Counted from the stretch's first letter, positions 1 through 14,144 are shown. The stretch is 64,000 nucleotides of DNA from Bugula neritina (GCA_964035545.1 OZ037772.1:2294001-2358000), one strand, 5' to 3'. Notes: a model not told the origin generated them from the sequence alone. A program made the numbers and translations.

Positions 1-1330
1 AAGGGGGTCTATAATAGCAAGTAAGATTGCAATATTCCTTGCTATCCAATCTAAAACATACTGTGATTACTTCTGCTTCTGTTTCACACCTGATTAGCTT
101 ATGGGGAATTCCTACATTTATGGCAATCAATACACCACCTCCGTGCGAGTCACGGGTTTTTCTATATACTACTTTGTCTTTGGGAGAAAAAAATTGAGAA
201 TTCAAAAATGCATTATCTAGGTGTGTTTCAGTGATACAAATGATATTGTATTCAACGGATAGGGTTTGAATCTCCGATATTTTCCCCTTTACTGATCTTG
301 CATTTACAGATAATATTCTTCGATTACTATCTTCCCGTTTGTTATCTTGTACTTGTTTTCTGGATTTTTCTGCCTCAATTCCCTAAGCTCGCTTCTCAGT
401 TGAAAATCTATTTCTTGTTCCTCTTTATTCCAGTCAAGACGAGCAAAGACTCCTTCTATTTTCTGAACGTTGATTCGTTTTAGAAATTCCCATTTTTGAA
501 CTTCTGAAGCTAATGTTAGTTTCATGGGTCAAATCTTGTTAAATTTTTTTGTCCTAATCTTGCGGCATTATCTCTTGCTGCGCAAAATCTGAGACTACAT
601 GAATCTAAAACTTCTGAGAGTTTACCTATGGATTCATCTAAAGTAGTGTCGTGTTCCTCGGAAATTCTAAAAACTATGATATTTTTAGCTCTGCTTTCAC
701 TAGAAATCTCTATTTTGGTAGATTTAATTTGAACTTCTTGGTTTTTTAGTTGCCTATTTATTGTTGTAGTGGAGTCTTCCAGTCTTGCAACTACCGAAGC
801 AAATGTTTTCTCACTTCTGGAAACATGATTCTCAAATAAGCTAGTTAGTTGAGATTCCACAGCAGTCATGAGATTATTAAATGAATCCATTACTTGAACA
901 TAACTTTTTTCAATGTGGGATTCAACAGCTTGAAGTCTGGTTATGAAATTTGGGAATGCCACAGCTTCACATTGGTCACAAAACCAATGAGTACCCTTCT
1001 TCGTATTGGTGTTTAGATCTTGCTTTATAAGATCAGTACAGTCTAAATGAAACCAAGTGAGACAAGTTTCACACTCAATTGACAGGGTACCTTCATCTTC
1101 ATTATCTATTTTTTAGTACACTTTTCACACACTGCCTGAGGCACAGTAGGTTCTGGGGTAGAATTAAGTATAGCACTGTGCCTCTGGGTGCATTTAGCTG
1201 TTGATGAGTTAGTACTTGAGGTTGAGTCTGACCTTTTAGGTTTCGTCATATTATTTTTTTTTTGAAAATATTCAAAGACAGGTTCAGGTTTTAATTTTTT
1301 ATCAGATAATTTTAGTAAATATTAACTCTA
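1..1330 (-). mobile_element. Non-LTR retrotransposon (CR1/Jockey-group LINE), 5' part: frameshifted PHD-finger ORF1 plus start of ORF2 (APE endonuclease); continues off the window
   Basis: ORF1 from ATG ~1249: MTKPKRSDS...CEKCTK[frameshift in A-run ~1110]IDNEDEGTLSIECETCLTWFHLDCTDL...HWFCDQC (PHD), then coiled coil (ORF 522-962) and C-terminus (ORF 304-525). ORF2 overlaps the ORF1 stop: RILSVNARSVKGKISEIQ...IICITETHLD...RDSHGGGVLIAI...YYRPP, which are APE motifs. Confidence 0.85.
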
Positions 1331-1339
1331 AGGAGTAGT

Positions 1340-3324
1340 AAATAAATAAATAAATAAATAGTGTTACTAGTCAGAGACAGACAGAGTTAAGCCCTGGCCA
1401 CACGATCGTGAGAATCACACGAAATCGTCTATTTGACACGAAAAAACATTCGTACGAGAAAATTTGAGGGAATTCAAACGAAATCGTCATCGTTGGGTGT
1501 GCACAACGATGACGATGGACGAAAAATCACAATCGACGATAAGTACCATTTGATTGGTCAATAGAATTTTAGCAACAGTGATTATTTCATTTCTACTAAG
1601 TTTCTCTATTTGGCAATGTTCTGCTGCTTGTATCTCGTGCAAGACTCATTCACGGACTAATAAAAATGACTTGTTGCCATCAAAGTGGTATATATTAAGG
1701 GTATATATATATATATATATCAAATGCACGCCAAATGATTACTACAAATTTCAAAAATAGCATAAATTAAGTAGTATTACTATGCCTATTTGCTTCCAAT
1801 TTACTAGTCTTACATTTATAGCAACTGTAAAGTATTTTGCGTAAAATAGCTATTGCAAGCATTATTCAATTCATATTCACATGGTAATCACAGCGAAGCT
1901 TAAACTTTATAGCTTTGTATTTTCATGCATGAGTGAGTTTTAAATTTTTTTTAAATTTTATATGCATAAAAAATGTTTTCAAAAACTTTACCAATAAACA
2001 AAACTAAAAAAATGTACACATAAAATACCAAAAAAAATAACAAAAAAGGCAAAATTTTTTCTTTATAACTTATATAAACTTGCGGTACCAATCTCGGCAT
2101 AATGACTTTTCGTTTAAACGATCATGTGGCTGGTCAATACGAAAAGATAACTCACGAAAATCGTCACACGAGTTTCGTGTCATTCTCACGATCGTGTGGC
2201 CAGGCCTTTAGACAATGAATTAGTAAACTGTCAAGTTGGTTAATATGATTACAATAATATAGCCTACCAAGTGAGCCCACTACCTCAACACCTCCAACTA
2301 CCCAGTCAGAAACAACCGCAGGGACCAAAAATTCACAGACGGGGAAAAAGATCCCTGTAACCCAGTACAATCTCTAGACCACAAAAAGCTCAAACCAGCA
2401 GGCTGTGAATTCTGTGATTGTGCTCTTCTTTGGCTCCACTCTTTTAGCACTACTGATGGTAGCACAAGTCAAAGGAGGTGTAACTGTATGGAACTTCTCT
2501 ATCATTCAATATTTTATTCTAGTTACAGTTAGTCATAGTCATACTGGTCAAGTTTCACAACTTAAAGATAGACCAAAAAATTAAAAACATATATGTCTAT
2601 TAGTGTGCAACTTGAAATGTAACTTAGAAAAGAGAGAAACAGTTAATTTTAACGCATGGTCTTCAATTAGCAATGCAAAATAAAATCAAATACTAATACT
2701 TATAGTTATACTCATACCGTAATAGTTATACTTATAGTTATAGTAATAATTATAACCATCTTCATTATCATAATCATAATTATAATGATTGTCATCATGT
2801 AGCCTACTACTACTAGCACTACTGCTACTACTACTAGTGGTAGTATTACATTTACTATTACTATTAGTATTACTCTCATACTATTAGTATTACTATTAGT
2901 ATTAGTACTGTGATTATTAGTACTAGTAGTAGTAGTAGTAGTACTACTACTACTAGACGTAAGATTAAGAGTAAGAGTAAGACGAAGTGCAAGTGTTACA
3001 ATAAATAAATAATACTTATTCAGATTGAGATTATTCTATATAGTCAAAATTGAATTTCCTACATTAATTATTTCATAATATTGATTGAATTAAGAACATT
3101 TATAATTGTCTCGCGATAGCCCTGATGGCTGATACAGACATAAAATGGAAGCAAATATTACTTCTCAGCAGTTTGAAAGAAATAAACTAAAATTCGCCTG
3201 AAATCAATACGGCGACGCTTATCGTACTTCCAGCTTTGCGATCAAGTTAAAAGTTGTAGTTTGCGGGCTTACATGAGTACTCTTAGCGAGTCAATATCGA
3301 TCATTAATTTCTATCTAGCCTTGC
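1340..3324. repeat. Dispersed ~1.2-kb repeat, copy 1 (interrupted by the MITE at 1390-2207); copy 2 at ~60895-62172
   Basis: Colinear, near-identical sequence from (TAAA)n-TAGTGTTACTAG to CTATCTAGCCTTGC at both places, including an internal (TAG/TAC)n tract. Confidence 0.9.
1390..2207. mobile_element. PIF/Harbinger-type non-autonomous element (MITE), 818 bp
   Basis: ~35-bp TIRs AGCCCTGGCCACACGATCGTGAGAATCACACGAAA / TTTCGTGTCATTCTCACGATCGTGTGGCCAGGCCT. TTA TSD at 1387-1389 and 2208-2210. The empty site CAGAGTTA|GACAATG is present in the paralogous repeat at ~60941-60955. Confidence 0.9.
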
Positions 3325-3683
3325 TTCTCAAAAACGGATTTTAAAGTCATAAAAACCATACAATTGGATATTGCTTAAGTACAATGAGAGGCGTAAGCGC
3401 ACCGTCTAGATAATCTTGTCGCATTGTAAAATAAATAATGCTATATGCCTGCCGTACCCACTAGGATTAGTGATGAGTTGCTTTATACTTGTGACTTATA
3501 AGTTGTAGTTTTTAACTCAATTTGACGAAACTTATTATCCTTATTTTGCTTGAAAAGGATGCTACGCTTTAAAGATTTAATTCCCTTGCATAAGCAAGTT
3601 GTAAGTAATACTAATAGTAATAGTAAGAACTAAGACGGGTGCTATTTGATAATCGCAATCAAAATTCAATTCAATATGATATT

Positions 3684-5488
3684 CAGGGATGTAGTGGCAA
3701 AATTATTCTAGGCCATACTCTCAGGCGGGGGGGGAAGGGGGGTCCAGGGGGCCGCCCAGGCCCCCGGCGGGGTCCGGGGCAGCGCCCCGGCCGCCGAAGC
3801 CCTCAGAGCGCTTCTGATGCAAATTTATGCAATTTAAAGCCATTTGAATTTTAATTCTTCTGAAAAAAATATGTGTCAAAATGTGCACCTCACTATTATT
3901 TTCATACCATACCAGCTATACATGACGACTGGGCATTGCTGAAAACTATATAAATATTCAGTATTGTCCCATACCTGTTGACTGTAATTTTAAATGTAGT
4001 CTTACTCAACAGACACTAAGTCCAACCTGTACAGAAAAATTTCTGAAGATCTCAAAAAGATGGAAGGATAGAGGCAGGTAACAAGTTCTCTCCAAATGCA
4101 ACCTGATTACTTTAAATAACTAATACACTGACGTGCACAGAAAAAGAATTATAGATCAGAAAAGATTGCAAATCAGAAAATGTGTGTTGGTTATTTTTAA
4201 AAAGCAATTTGAATTGATAACTCATTGGCAAGCAGAAATTGGTTGAAAACCTATTTGGAGTTTATTAGAGTATTAGTCTAATCCATAAGGAGATACCACC
4301 ACACCTCCTTACACACAATAAAGCACACCAAAGAAGAGTATGTTAACTTGGTTTTAAAATTAAACCCCTGAGCTTTCACTAAACACATCAAGGAAATATA
4401 CCTCAAAAGAACAAATTTGACAGGTTTAACATGTGTTAACCTAGAAGATGATTAAATGTAAAGCCAGAATTGGTACAATCAAACATAAAAGATTACTTAT
4501 GGTGGTGTACAGTTTGCAAAACCTTATTGCATTGATATATAATTAACATGCAATAACGCTAGGTTTTCGACCAAAATGTAGATATTATAGTACCTGTAGA
4601 CCTCAGTGATAAATTTTCATTAACCTCTCCTGCACACCTGGTACTCTTTCCTGAATACATTTTGATTTTATTTCTGGATTTCATGTTGGTTTTTTTCCAA
4701 ATTTCATTGCTTATTGACAAAATGCAAGTCCACAAAAGATAGATAAGGGCAACTTTCTAGCTGTCACTGCCTTGCTGAGGCCACATTATTGGTATATTAT
4801 AAGAATTCAGTCCTGCCAAATAAAACCATACTTTATTGTGCTAGAATTAAAATTTAAAAACTATGTTTTAGACCTTCCTATTTCCCAGAGCACCTGCTTT
4901 TTCGAATTTTCAATATTTTTTTTTGCAAGGTTACAGACAAAAATCTACTATTTTTGGCCAATTTTACCTGAAGTTTATTTTTCAATCCCTGCCAAATATC
5001 TCAGCAGAAAAGCATAGTATTTGAATAGAACAAACACTGTTGGAATCCTGAGAAATTTATGCATAACAGCTATTTTTATCTTTTCAATAGCCTTCATAGA
5101 TTTTTTACAAATTAGTGATTTATACACCGAAAATGAAATATTTTTTCCCTAGTAATCACTAATGAACAGCACTTCGCGCTTCAGTGAATACGTAGAGATG
5201 AGAAGATGAAATGTTGATAGCTGCTTATTATTCATAGTGTAATCTCAGGCTAAACAATCACAAGTAGGCAACACGCATGCCACCCACATAGCATTAACAA
5301 AACAAGAACTTAAACTAGATTGTGAGCGAAATTTATGATATTCTCAGTGAGGATGCCCTAACTATCCTGTGCACTAATCATCAGTAACACTTTCAAAAAT
5401 ATGCCCATACGGGCGTATGGCCAAGAACAGCCTATTTTCTTCTAGGCCATACGGCGTATGGGACCGTATGGGTACCACTACATCCCTG
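3684..5488. mobile_element. hAT-type non-autonomous DNA transposon, 1.8 kb
   Basis: TIR CAGGGATGTAGTGG / CCACTACATCCCTG; 8-bp TSD ATGATATT at 3676-3683 and 5489-5496; GC-rich subterminal patch 3725-3800; no recognisable transposase ORF. Confidence 0.9.
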
Positions 5489-5517
5489 ATGATATTCATA
5501 TTGATAGTGCTATAATC

Positions 5518-7259
<1,742 letters not shown>

Positions 7260-9566
7260 CTATAATCATAATGGCATTGTGATTGTCATTTGACTTTGTG
7301 ATTGTAATACTTATACTGATAGTGATTCAGTCATACCGATTGTGATTGCGATTGCCCCTGGCATTGGCCTGGCTCTTATCAGTCACACTCAGTCAGTCAG
7401 TCAGTCACACTCACAGTTATACTTATTGTCGTTGGGATTGCCATACTCATTAAATCATACTCATAATCATTGTGATTCACAGTGAAAGCTTGCGTGAATG
7501 TGATAACATACTAGGCATTGTGCTCAACTGATTAAATGGTCATCTCTTACCTCGTTGGGTTGAACTTAGTCTTTGTTTTGAAAGTTGAAGCGTGAATAAA
7601 AAGTGTTATTTTTGTTTTTTTTTACTTTTGGAATTTAATTTCATAGACACTATAACTGACAGGCTTTGATTTTAATTTTATGTCATAATGCTAATACTTG
7701 ACAATAATATAAATATACTTATAGATAGTGTTACTGTTAGATTTCGTTGCTTCAAGCCTAAAGGCCAATGTGACACTAAGCATGGATCACTGAATGAGCA
7801 ATGTGAAACTGAATGTCAATTTTCAAACTTGATAGAATTCTCTATGGCACAATTATACTGACATTTGCGATGAATCAATATGAGGTAATCAAGGTGACCA
7901 GATCATGTTCAGTATTCACATTTGAATGACACACATTATAACTCACCAATTCAATCATAAAATAATTTATCAACATTTGCAAGTATTTTTCATTGTGGAT
8001 GAATCAATACCATCTAAAAGCCCTACTATTGAAAATGAAATATCATTACTAACTTCATAATGTCAGTGTCAATATGAACAGTTATGAGCAACACTTTCAG
8101 TACGAGTTCAAGTACCAATGTGAAGGAGAACATATTTACGACTCTGCAGTTTATGAGAACAGTGTGAGAATGTGTGTGGTGATGATCAGCCACTGTGATG
8201 TGCGCTTCAGCTCACTTAAGCTATGAATATGAATATGTGACTAGCACAAGGGGTGGGCTTATATCTAATTATTTTCAAGCTTGGTGTAGGCCATTAAATG
8301 TTTTCATTTAAACATTAGCTAGTTGTCTCCTAATCTATTATAAAACTGCAACTGGAGTATATTTAAATACTTTTTTTTCAATTTACAAAAATACATAGCT
8401 ACTGCGCCCCATAATATAAGTATTATACAGAGAGTTCGAGACGAAGGGGTTAAAGAAGTTGAGTCCACCCTGTTAACAATTCATGGGCACACTATATAAA
8501 TACTCAGAACTTTATAGCTGGCCACCAGTTAGATAGACTTAGCTCTCTGTAGTATGAGAGAGAACCATGAGACTAGCTGATTGTAGATAGCCTAGTGTGT
8601 GCTGGTTAAATGTGTTCTTCAATGTGGAAACATAAAATGTGTGATTCGCAGTCAGATAACTGTTTTAGCCTTGAGTTTATTTCCTGCTGGGTGTGTCCTA
8701 TCATGCTGAATAGACTGAGGAACTCTGTTTAGTGAATATAGAGGGTAGTTCTAGATATGTGTGGGTGTATTTTGTAGACCGTGTTCCTCAATGCTCCTGA
8801 GAAGTTAAAACTGGTGAGAGCTTTGAGTAGTCCAGTCCTGACATCCACTAAGGAAAAGTGTGTTTGTATTCTTTAGATTACAATTTTATTATATAAACAG
8901 GGGAGAGTATCAGCTATGTTTGTAGCTAAGTAGAGATTTTGGTTCACACTAGAACACAAGTTTTCTTGTTCCTCGTTTAGTACAAGAGAGTAAATATAAG
9001 GATTGTATCATCTCCCTGTAACTTCTCAGTATATTGACTCAGTTACTAAGAGTGACATACTGGTAGGCTGCTGTCTGCCAACATTATTCATACACTATCC
9101 CTCTATTCTGATACTTATTCAGGTGATAGCAAGTAACATTTGATTGTAATAGGATGTTAGTTGTTACCATGGTTACTAGTAGTCAACTAGTGATAATTAT
9201 GAGTCAGTAGTCGACAACCTGGCTTTCCTGTGAGCTGTTCTTACAGTAGAAATATTTACTGGTAAAAAGTTATCATTTATATACATGCTGTTCTCAGAAT
9301 GTTATTAATAGATATTGACAGAAATGTTACTAGTTTTACATGTGGTTTATAGTAGTGGGGGCAGAGACTGTATTAATATTGACCAGTTATTAACACCACA
9401 GTATACAATAAAGATATATCTGAATATGTGCCATTGTATCCGAGAGAGAAATTGTTTCTTTCTGTACAATACATAGTATAGTTGACTAGCTAGCTCACAG
9501 TAGACAAACCCTTATATCCATCAAATCTTTACATATCTGAATTGATGTACTCTACATATCCCGCAG

Positions 9567-12500
9567 AGTATCAGAACCTTTCTCTCTCTTCAAATGTGAC
9601 CACCAAGGACTCACTCCCATATCTGATGATGCGTACACCATATACCGAGATAATCTTTCATCTATTGAACACAGGACCACCCAACAGCTTCTACCTTCTT
9701 CAGGTGAAAACAGAATCTTCCTTCATTCTAAATTATGGTGTCAACCCTTACTGTTGCTGTGTATATTTATATATACTCTGTGTACACTATAGCTGTGTAT
9801 ATTTATATATACTCTGTGTACACTATAGCTGTGTATATTTATATTTGCTCTTTGCACGAGTTAGTTAAGCTACTAGTTACACTGCTGTTGCTATAGTAAC
9901 TAATAGTCTCCCTGCTGTTGCTATAGTAACTAATAGTTTCACTACTGTTGCTATAGTAACTAATAGTCTCACTGCTGTTGCCATAGTAACTAATAGTCTC
10001 CCTGCTGTTGCTATAGTAACTACTAGTTCCACTACTGTTGCCATAGTAACTACTAGTTTCACTGCTGTTGCTATAGTAACTAATAGTTTCACTGCTGTTG
10101 CTATAGTAACCAATAGTCTCACTGCTGTTGCCATAGTAACTAATAGTCTCACTGCTGTTGCCATAGGAGCGAAGACGAAGGTCCAGAACTCTCAGAGGAA
10201 GCACTTCCTGTGTGACACAGACGGAGTGATATCCAGTGAACTCATTCGACTTTCAATGGCTGACCAGGTGAGTTCATCTACCACTCACATATCATACACA
10301 CGTCTGGTAGAGTATCCATTCTCTTGTGAGACTGTAGATCTTCTCCTTGTACTGTAGATTCTCTCCTTGTACTGTAGATCCTCTCCTTGTACTGTAGATC
10401 CTCTCCTTGTACTGTAGATTCTCTCCTTGTACTGTAGATCCTCTCCTTGTACTGTAGATTCTCTCCTTGTACTGTAGATCTTCTCCTTGTACTGTAGATC
10501 CTCTCCTTGTACTGTAGATCCTCTCCTTGTACTGTAGATCTTCTCCTTGTACTGTAGATCTTCTCCTTGTACTGTAGATCTTCTCCTTGTACTGTAGATC
10601 CTCTCCTTGTACTGTAGATCCTCTCCTTGTACTGTAGATCTTCTCCTTGTACTGTAGATCCTCTCCTTGTACTGTAGATCTTCTCCTTGTACTGTAGATC
10701 CTCTCCTTGTACTGTAGATTCTCTCCTTGTACTGTAGATCTTCTCCTTGTACTGTAGATCTTCTCCTGGTACTGTAGATCCTCTCCTTGTACTGTAGATC
10801 CCCTCCTTGTACTGTAAATCCTCTCCTTGTACTGTAGATCTTCTCCTTGAGGGTATAAGACCAGATTCCAACAGTGGAGACAGCGGGTTACCAAGTCATG
10901 ATGAGTTGGAAGAGGTCAAGGTGAAAATCACAGAACAGGTGAGAATTGTGGGGAAATTGAAGTGCCAGTAACTGTTGATCTGTCCTCTCTCTCTCCCTCT
11001 CTCCCCCTCTCTCCCTCTCTCTCCCTCTCTCTCTCTCTCTCTCCCTCCCTCCCTCCCTCCCTCCCTCTCTCTCTCTCCCCCTCTCTCCCCCTCTCTCCCC
11101 CTCTCTCCCCCTCTCTCCCCCTCTCTCCCCCTCTCTCCCTTCCTCTCTCTCCCTCTCTCTCCCTCTCTCTCCCTCTCTCTCCCTCTCTCTCCCCCTCTCT
11201 CCCTCTCTCTCCCTCTCTCTCCCTCTCTCCCCCTCTCTCCCCCTCTCTCTCTCCTTCCCTCTCTCTCTCCCTCTGCCCCTCCCTCTCCCCCTCCCTCTCA
11301 CTCTCTCTGGTAACTCAGTTACTCTGTCAAGGCATGTAGTTGCTACTGTTGATGCTGATCTCTTCTTTCTGTAGTTTCCTGTGTTCTTCAAGTCATCGGT
11401 TCACTACTACAATCACTACACCACAGACCTTGTGTTCGAGAACAACTTTACCGGCAAAAATAATACTTTCAAGTGAGTGTATATTGCATGTACTATTTGC
11501 CTTGTACTATAGGTACATACAATGTATATGCCTTGTACTATAGGTACATACAATGTATATGCCTTGTACTATAGGTACATACAACGTATACTTGTTTTAT
11601 ATGTACAACTCTGTCATATTATGTCTGCAATATTCCCACGTGTAGCCTAAGTTTTTACTCTGTCACTCACTGTTTCAGGGGGGTAGCAAAGTATGCGATG
11701 CAACTCACAAAGCTGAGGTTACTCTGCAATCTGCTGTACGCAGACGTAAATCTATACATAATTAACTTTTCATCTCACCCTGACGAGGGGGCCATTAAAG
11801 TCAGGTATAATAATCAGTGTAGAGAGTATATATTACAGTATAGAGAGGCTATATTACAGTATAGAGAGTATATATTACAGTATAGAGAGTATATATTACA
11901 GTATAGAGAGTATATATTACAGTGTAGAGATGATATATTACAGTATAGAGATAATATATTACAGTGTAGAGAGGATATATTACAGTGTAGAGATGATATA
12001 TTACAGTATAGAGAGGTTATATTACAGTATAGAGAGGTTATATTACAGTATAGAGAGTATATATTACAGTGTAGCGAGGATATATTACAGTGTAGAGATG
12101 ATATATTACAGTATAGAGAGGTTATATTACAGTATAGAGAGGTTATATTACAGTATAGAGAGGTTATATTACAGTATAGAGAGGATATATTACAGTGTAG
12201 AGAGTATATATTACAGTATAGAGAGGGTATATTACAGTATAGAGAGGATATATTACAGTGTAGAGAAGATATATTACAGTATAGAGAGGATATATTACAG
12301 TATAGAGAGTATATATTACAGTGTAGCGAGGATATATTACAGTATAGAGAGTATATATTACAGTATAGAGAGGATATATTACAGTATAAAGAAGATATAT
12401 TACAGTATAGAGAGGATATGTTACAGTATAGAGAGGATATATTACAGTATAGAGAGGATATATTACAGTATAAAGAAGATATATTACTTCCCAACAGGTG

Positions 12501-12922
12501 GACAATGAGGGGCGTGTCCCAGTGGAGAGCCCTCATGTTCTGGAAGTGGAACCTCTTCACGTACAACAAGAAAGACGGTTTCGTGGAGGAGACGAGGAAA
12601 AACTTCATGTGAGTCCCTTTCTGCTAGTAGATTCTTCCAACATGGCTATTTGTACTTCGCAAGTTTAACACTTTCTACTGCTTTCTGCAATAATATAGAG
12701 TTGGTCACATGATGCTGGTCACATGATTGTTTTGTAGTAAAAAAGATGGATTCAACACGTTTTGGGTGAACAAAGATGGCCTCATTTACCGACACCGTCT
12801 GGACAGAGTGAGTCATGAGTTCCTCTTTATTTATAATTTGATTGGTTGGTTTGTCAGCCCCGTTCTGTTGTCTTTAGTTTCCTGTTGAGTTGTATGTTGA
12901 CATGCAAGAGTGGGCACGGTGA
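9567..12922 (+). CDS. C6orf136: C6orf136 homologue (DUF2358 family), spliced. Exons 9567-9703, 10167-10267, 10798-10938, 11375-11472, 11679-11804, 12498-12608, 12738-12807 and probable last exon 12878-12922; 5' exons unresolved
   Basis: GT-AG introns with consistent phases give ...EEVKVKITEQ/FPVFFKSSVHYYNHYTTDLVFENNFTGKNNTFK/GVAKYAMQLTKLRLLCNLLYADVNLYIINFSSHPDEGAIKVR/WTMRGVSQW.../KKDGFNTFWVNKDGLIYRHRLDR. This matches the remembered C6orf136 pattern (LP.F....DY..Y..D..F.N...G; HPE...RW...G; STFY....GLI..HRLDK). Confidence 0.85.
9870..10166 (+). repeat. 30-bp minisatellite (~10 units) ending at a splice acceptor
   Basis: Unit ACTGCTGTTGCTATAGTAACTAATAGTCTC; the last unit ends CCATAG|GAGCG at the exon start. 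Confidence 0.95.
10321..10850 (+). repeat. 20-bp minisatellite (~26 units) overlapping an acceptor and exon start
   Basis: Unit CTCTCCTTGTACTGTAGATC. Confidence 0.95.
10984..11308 (+). repeat. CT-rich polypyrimidine microsatellite (intronic)
   Basis: (CT)n/(CCCT)n mosaic. Confidence 0.95.
11498..11590 (+). repeat. 31-bp tandem repeat x3 (intronic)
   Basis: Unit TGCCTTGTACTATAGGTACATACAATGTATA. Confidence 0.9.
11815..12488 (+). repeat. 21-bp minisatellite (~32 units) filling a 693-bp intron
   Basis: Unit CAGTATAGAGAGGATATATTA; translates QYREDIL in the gene's frame. Confidence 0.95.
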
Positions 12923-13029
12923 CAGCATTTGTAGCATCTAGGAGAGTAAGCCTAGGAACACATGCTAGCCCCAACTTTGGCTCTTGTGTGTGGATTTCAT
13001 GTAGATAAAGTGCTGACCGGCCAGTGTGT

Positions 13030-13636
13030 CCTTCCTGTTACTCTGTATATATCTTCCTGTTACTCTGTATATATCTTCATGTTACTCTGTATATACCTTC
13101 ATGTTACTCTGTATATACCTTCATGTTACTCTGTATATATCTTCATGTTACTCTGTATATACCTTCATGTTACTCTGTATATACCTTCATGTTACTCTGT
13201 ATATACCTTCCTGTTACTCTGTATATACCTTCATGTTACTCTGTATATATCTTCATGTTACTCTGTATATACCTTCATGTTACTCTGTATATACCTTCAT
13301 GTTACTCTGTATATATCTTCCTGTTACTCTGTATATACCTTCATGTTACTCTGTATATACCTTCCTGTTACTCTGTATATACCTTCCTGTTACTCTGTAT
13401 ATACCTTCATGTTACTCTGTATATACCTTCATGTTACTCTGTATATATCTTCATGTTACTCTGTATATACCTTCATGTTACTCTGTATATACCTTCATGT
13501 TACTCTGTATATATCTTCATGTTACTCTGTAAATATCTTCCTGTTACTCTGTATATACCTTCCTGTTACTCTGTATATACCTTCCTGTTACTCTGTATAT
13601 ACCTTCATGTTACTCTGTATATACCTTCATGTTACT
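13030..13636 (+). repeat. 22-bp minisatellite (~27 units)
   Basis: Unit GTTACTCTGTATATACCTTCAT. Confidence 0.95.
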
Positions 13637-14144
13637 GACTTGAAAAATATTTAAATTTTTAGGATAGGAATATAAAAATATTTTGTTCAACTTCTGTTAT
13701 ACATGTGTATGTATTGTAATGTAGTAATGTAAAGCCTATGTTCCCAAGATGCTGTTTCTCAATAAGTTCATATAATAATATAAGATTTGTTGCTCAAAAC
13801 CATCACTATTTTGTATTGTGATGACAACTCCATATAATCACGTAACATGGTAATAAATATATCCTCATGATAAAAACTTATAGAGCCAGAAGATTCTCCA
13901 ATGGTTGACATTTTATGTTGGGTCGAAACTTTTTTTAGTGTTCAATTTACAGATTGTGCAGAAAAATTTAAGATATCTCCAATATTTTATGTAGATGTTC
14001 AAAATTTATGCCTTTGTTAATGTAAGAATATGTAAAATCTCTGAAATAAAAAGAATTCTGCTCATTTCCTAAGTAATATCTCCATATTTGTTTGCAGGCA
14101 CTGCTGAGTAACATAGACGAGGCAGTGCATCAATATGTACTGTC

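Noticed and set aside
3725-3810. GC-rich patch as a CpG-island promoter, or ORF 3639-3854 as a gene
   Set aside because: It lies just inside the hAT TIR and is better explained as subterminal transposon sequence.
9542-9868. ORF 9542-9868 frame as the coding frame of exon 9567-9703
   Set aside because: It ends in phase 0 at the donor, but the next exon needs phase 1; the alternative frame VSEPFSLFKC... fits.
9839-11391. Minus-strand repeat ORFs (SSETISYY, STVQGEDLQY, RE/GE-rich) and SLSP-rich plus ORFs
   Set aside because: Open frames arise from stop-free tandem units inside introns of the plus-strand gene.
12962-13654. Three overlapping ORFs with VTLYIPSCYS repeats
   Set aside because: A 22-bp unit cycling through all three frames; minisatellite artefact.
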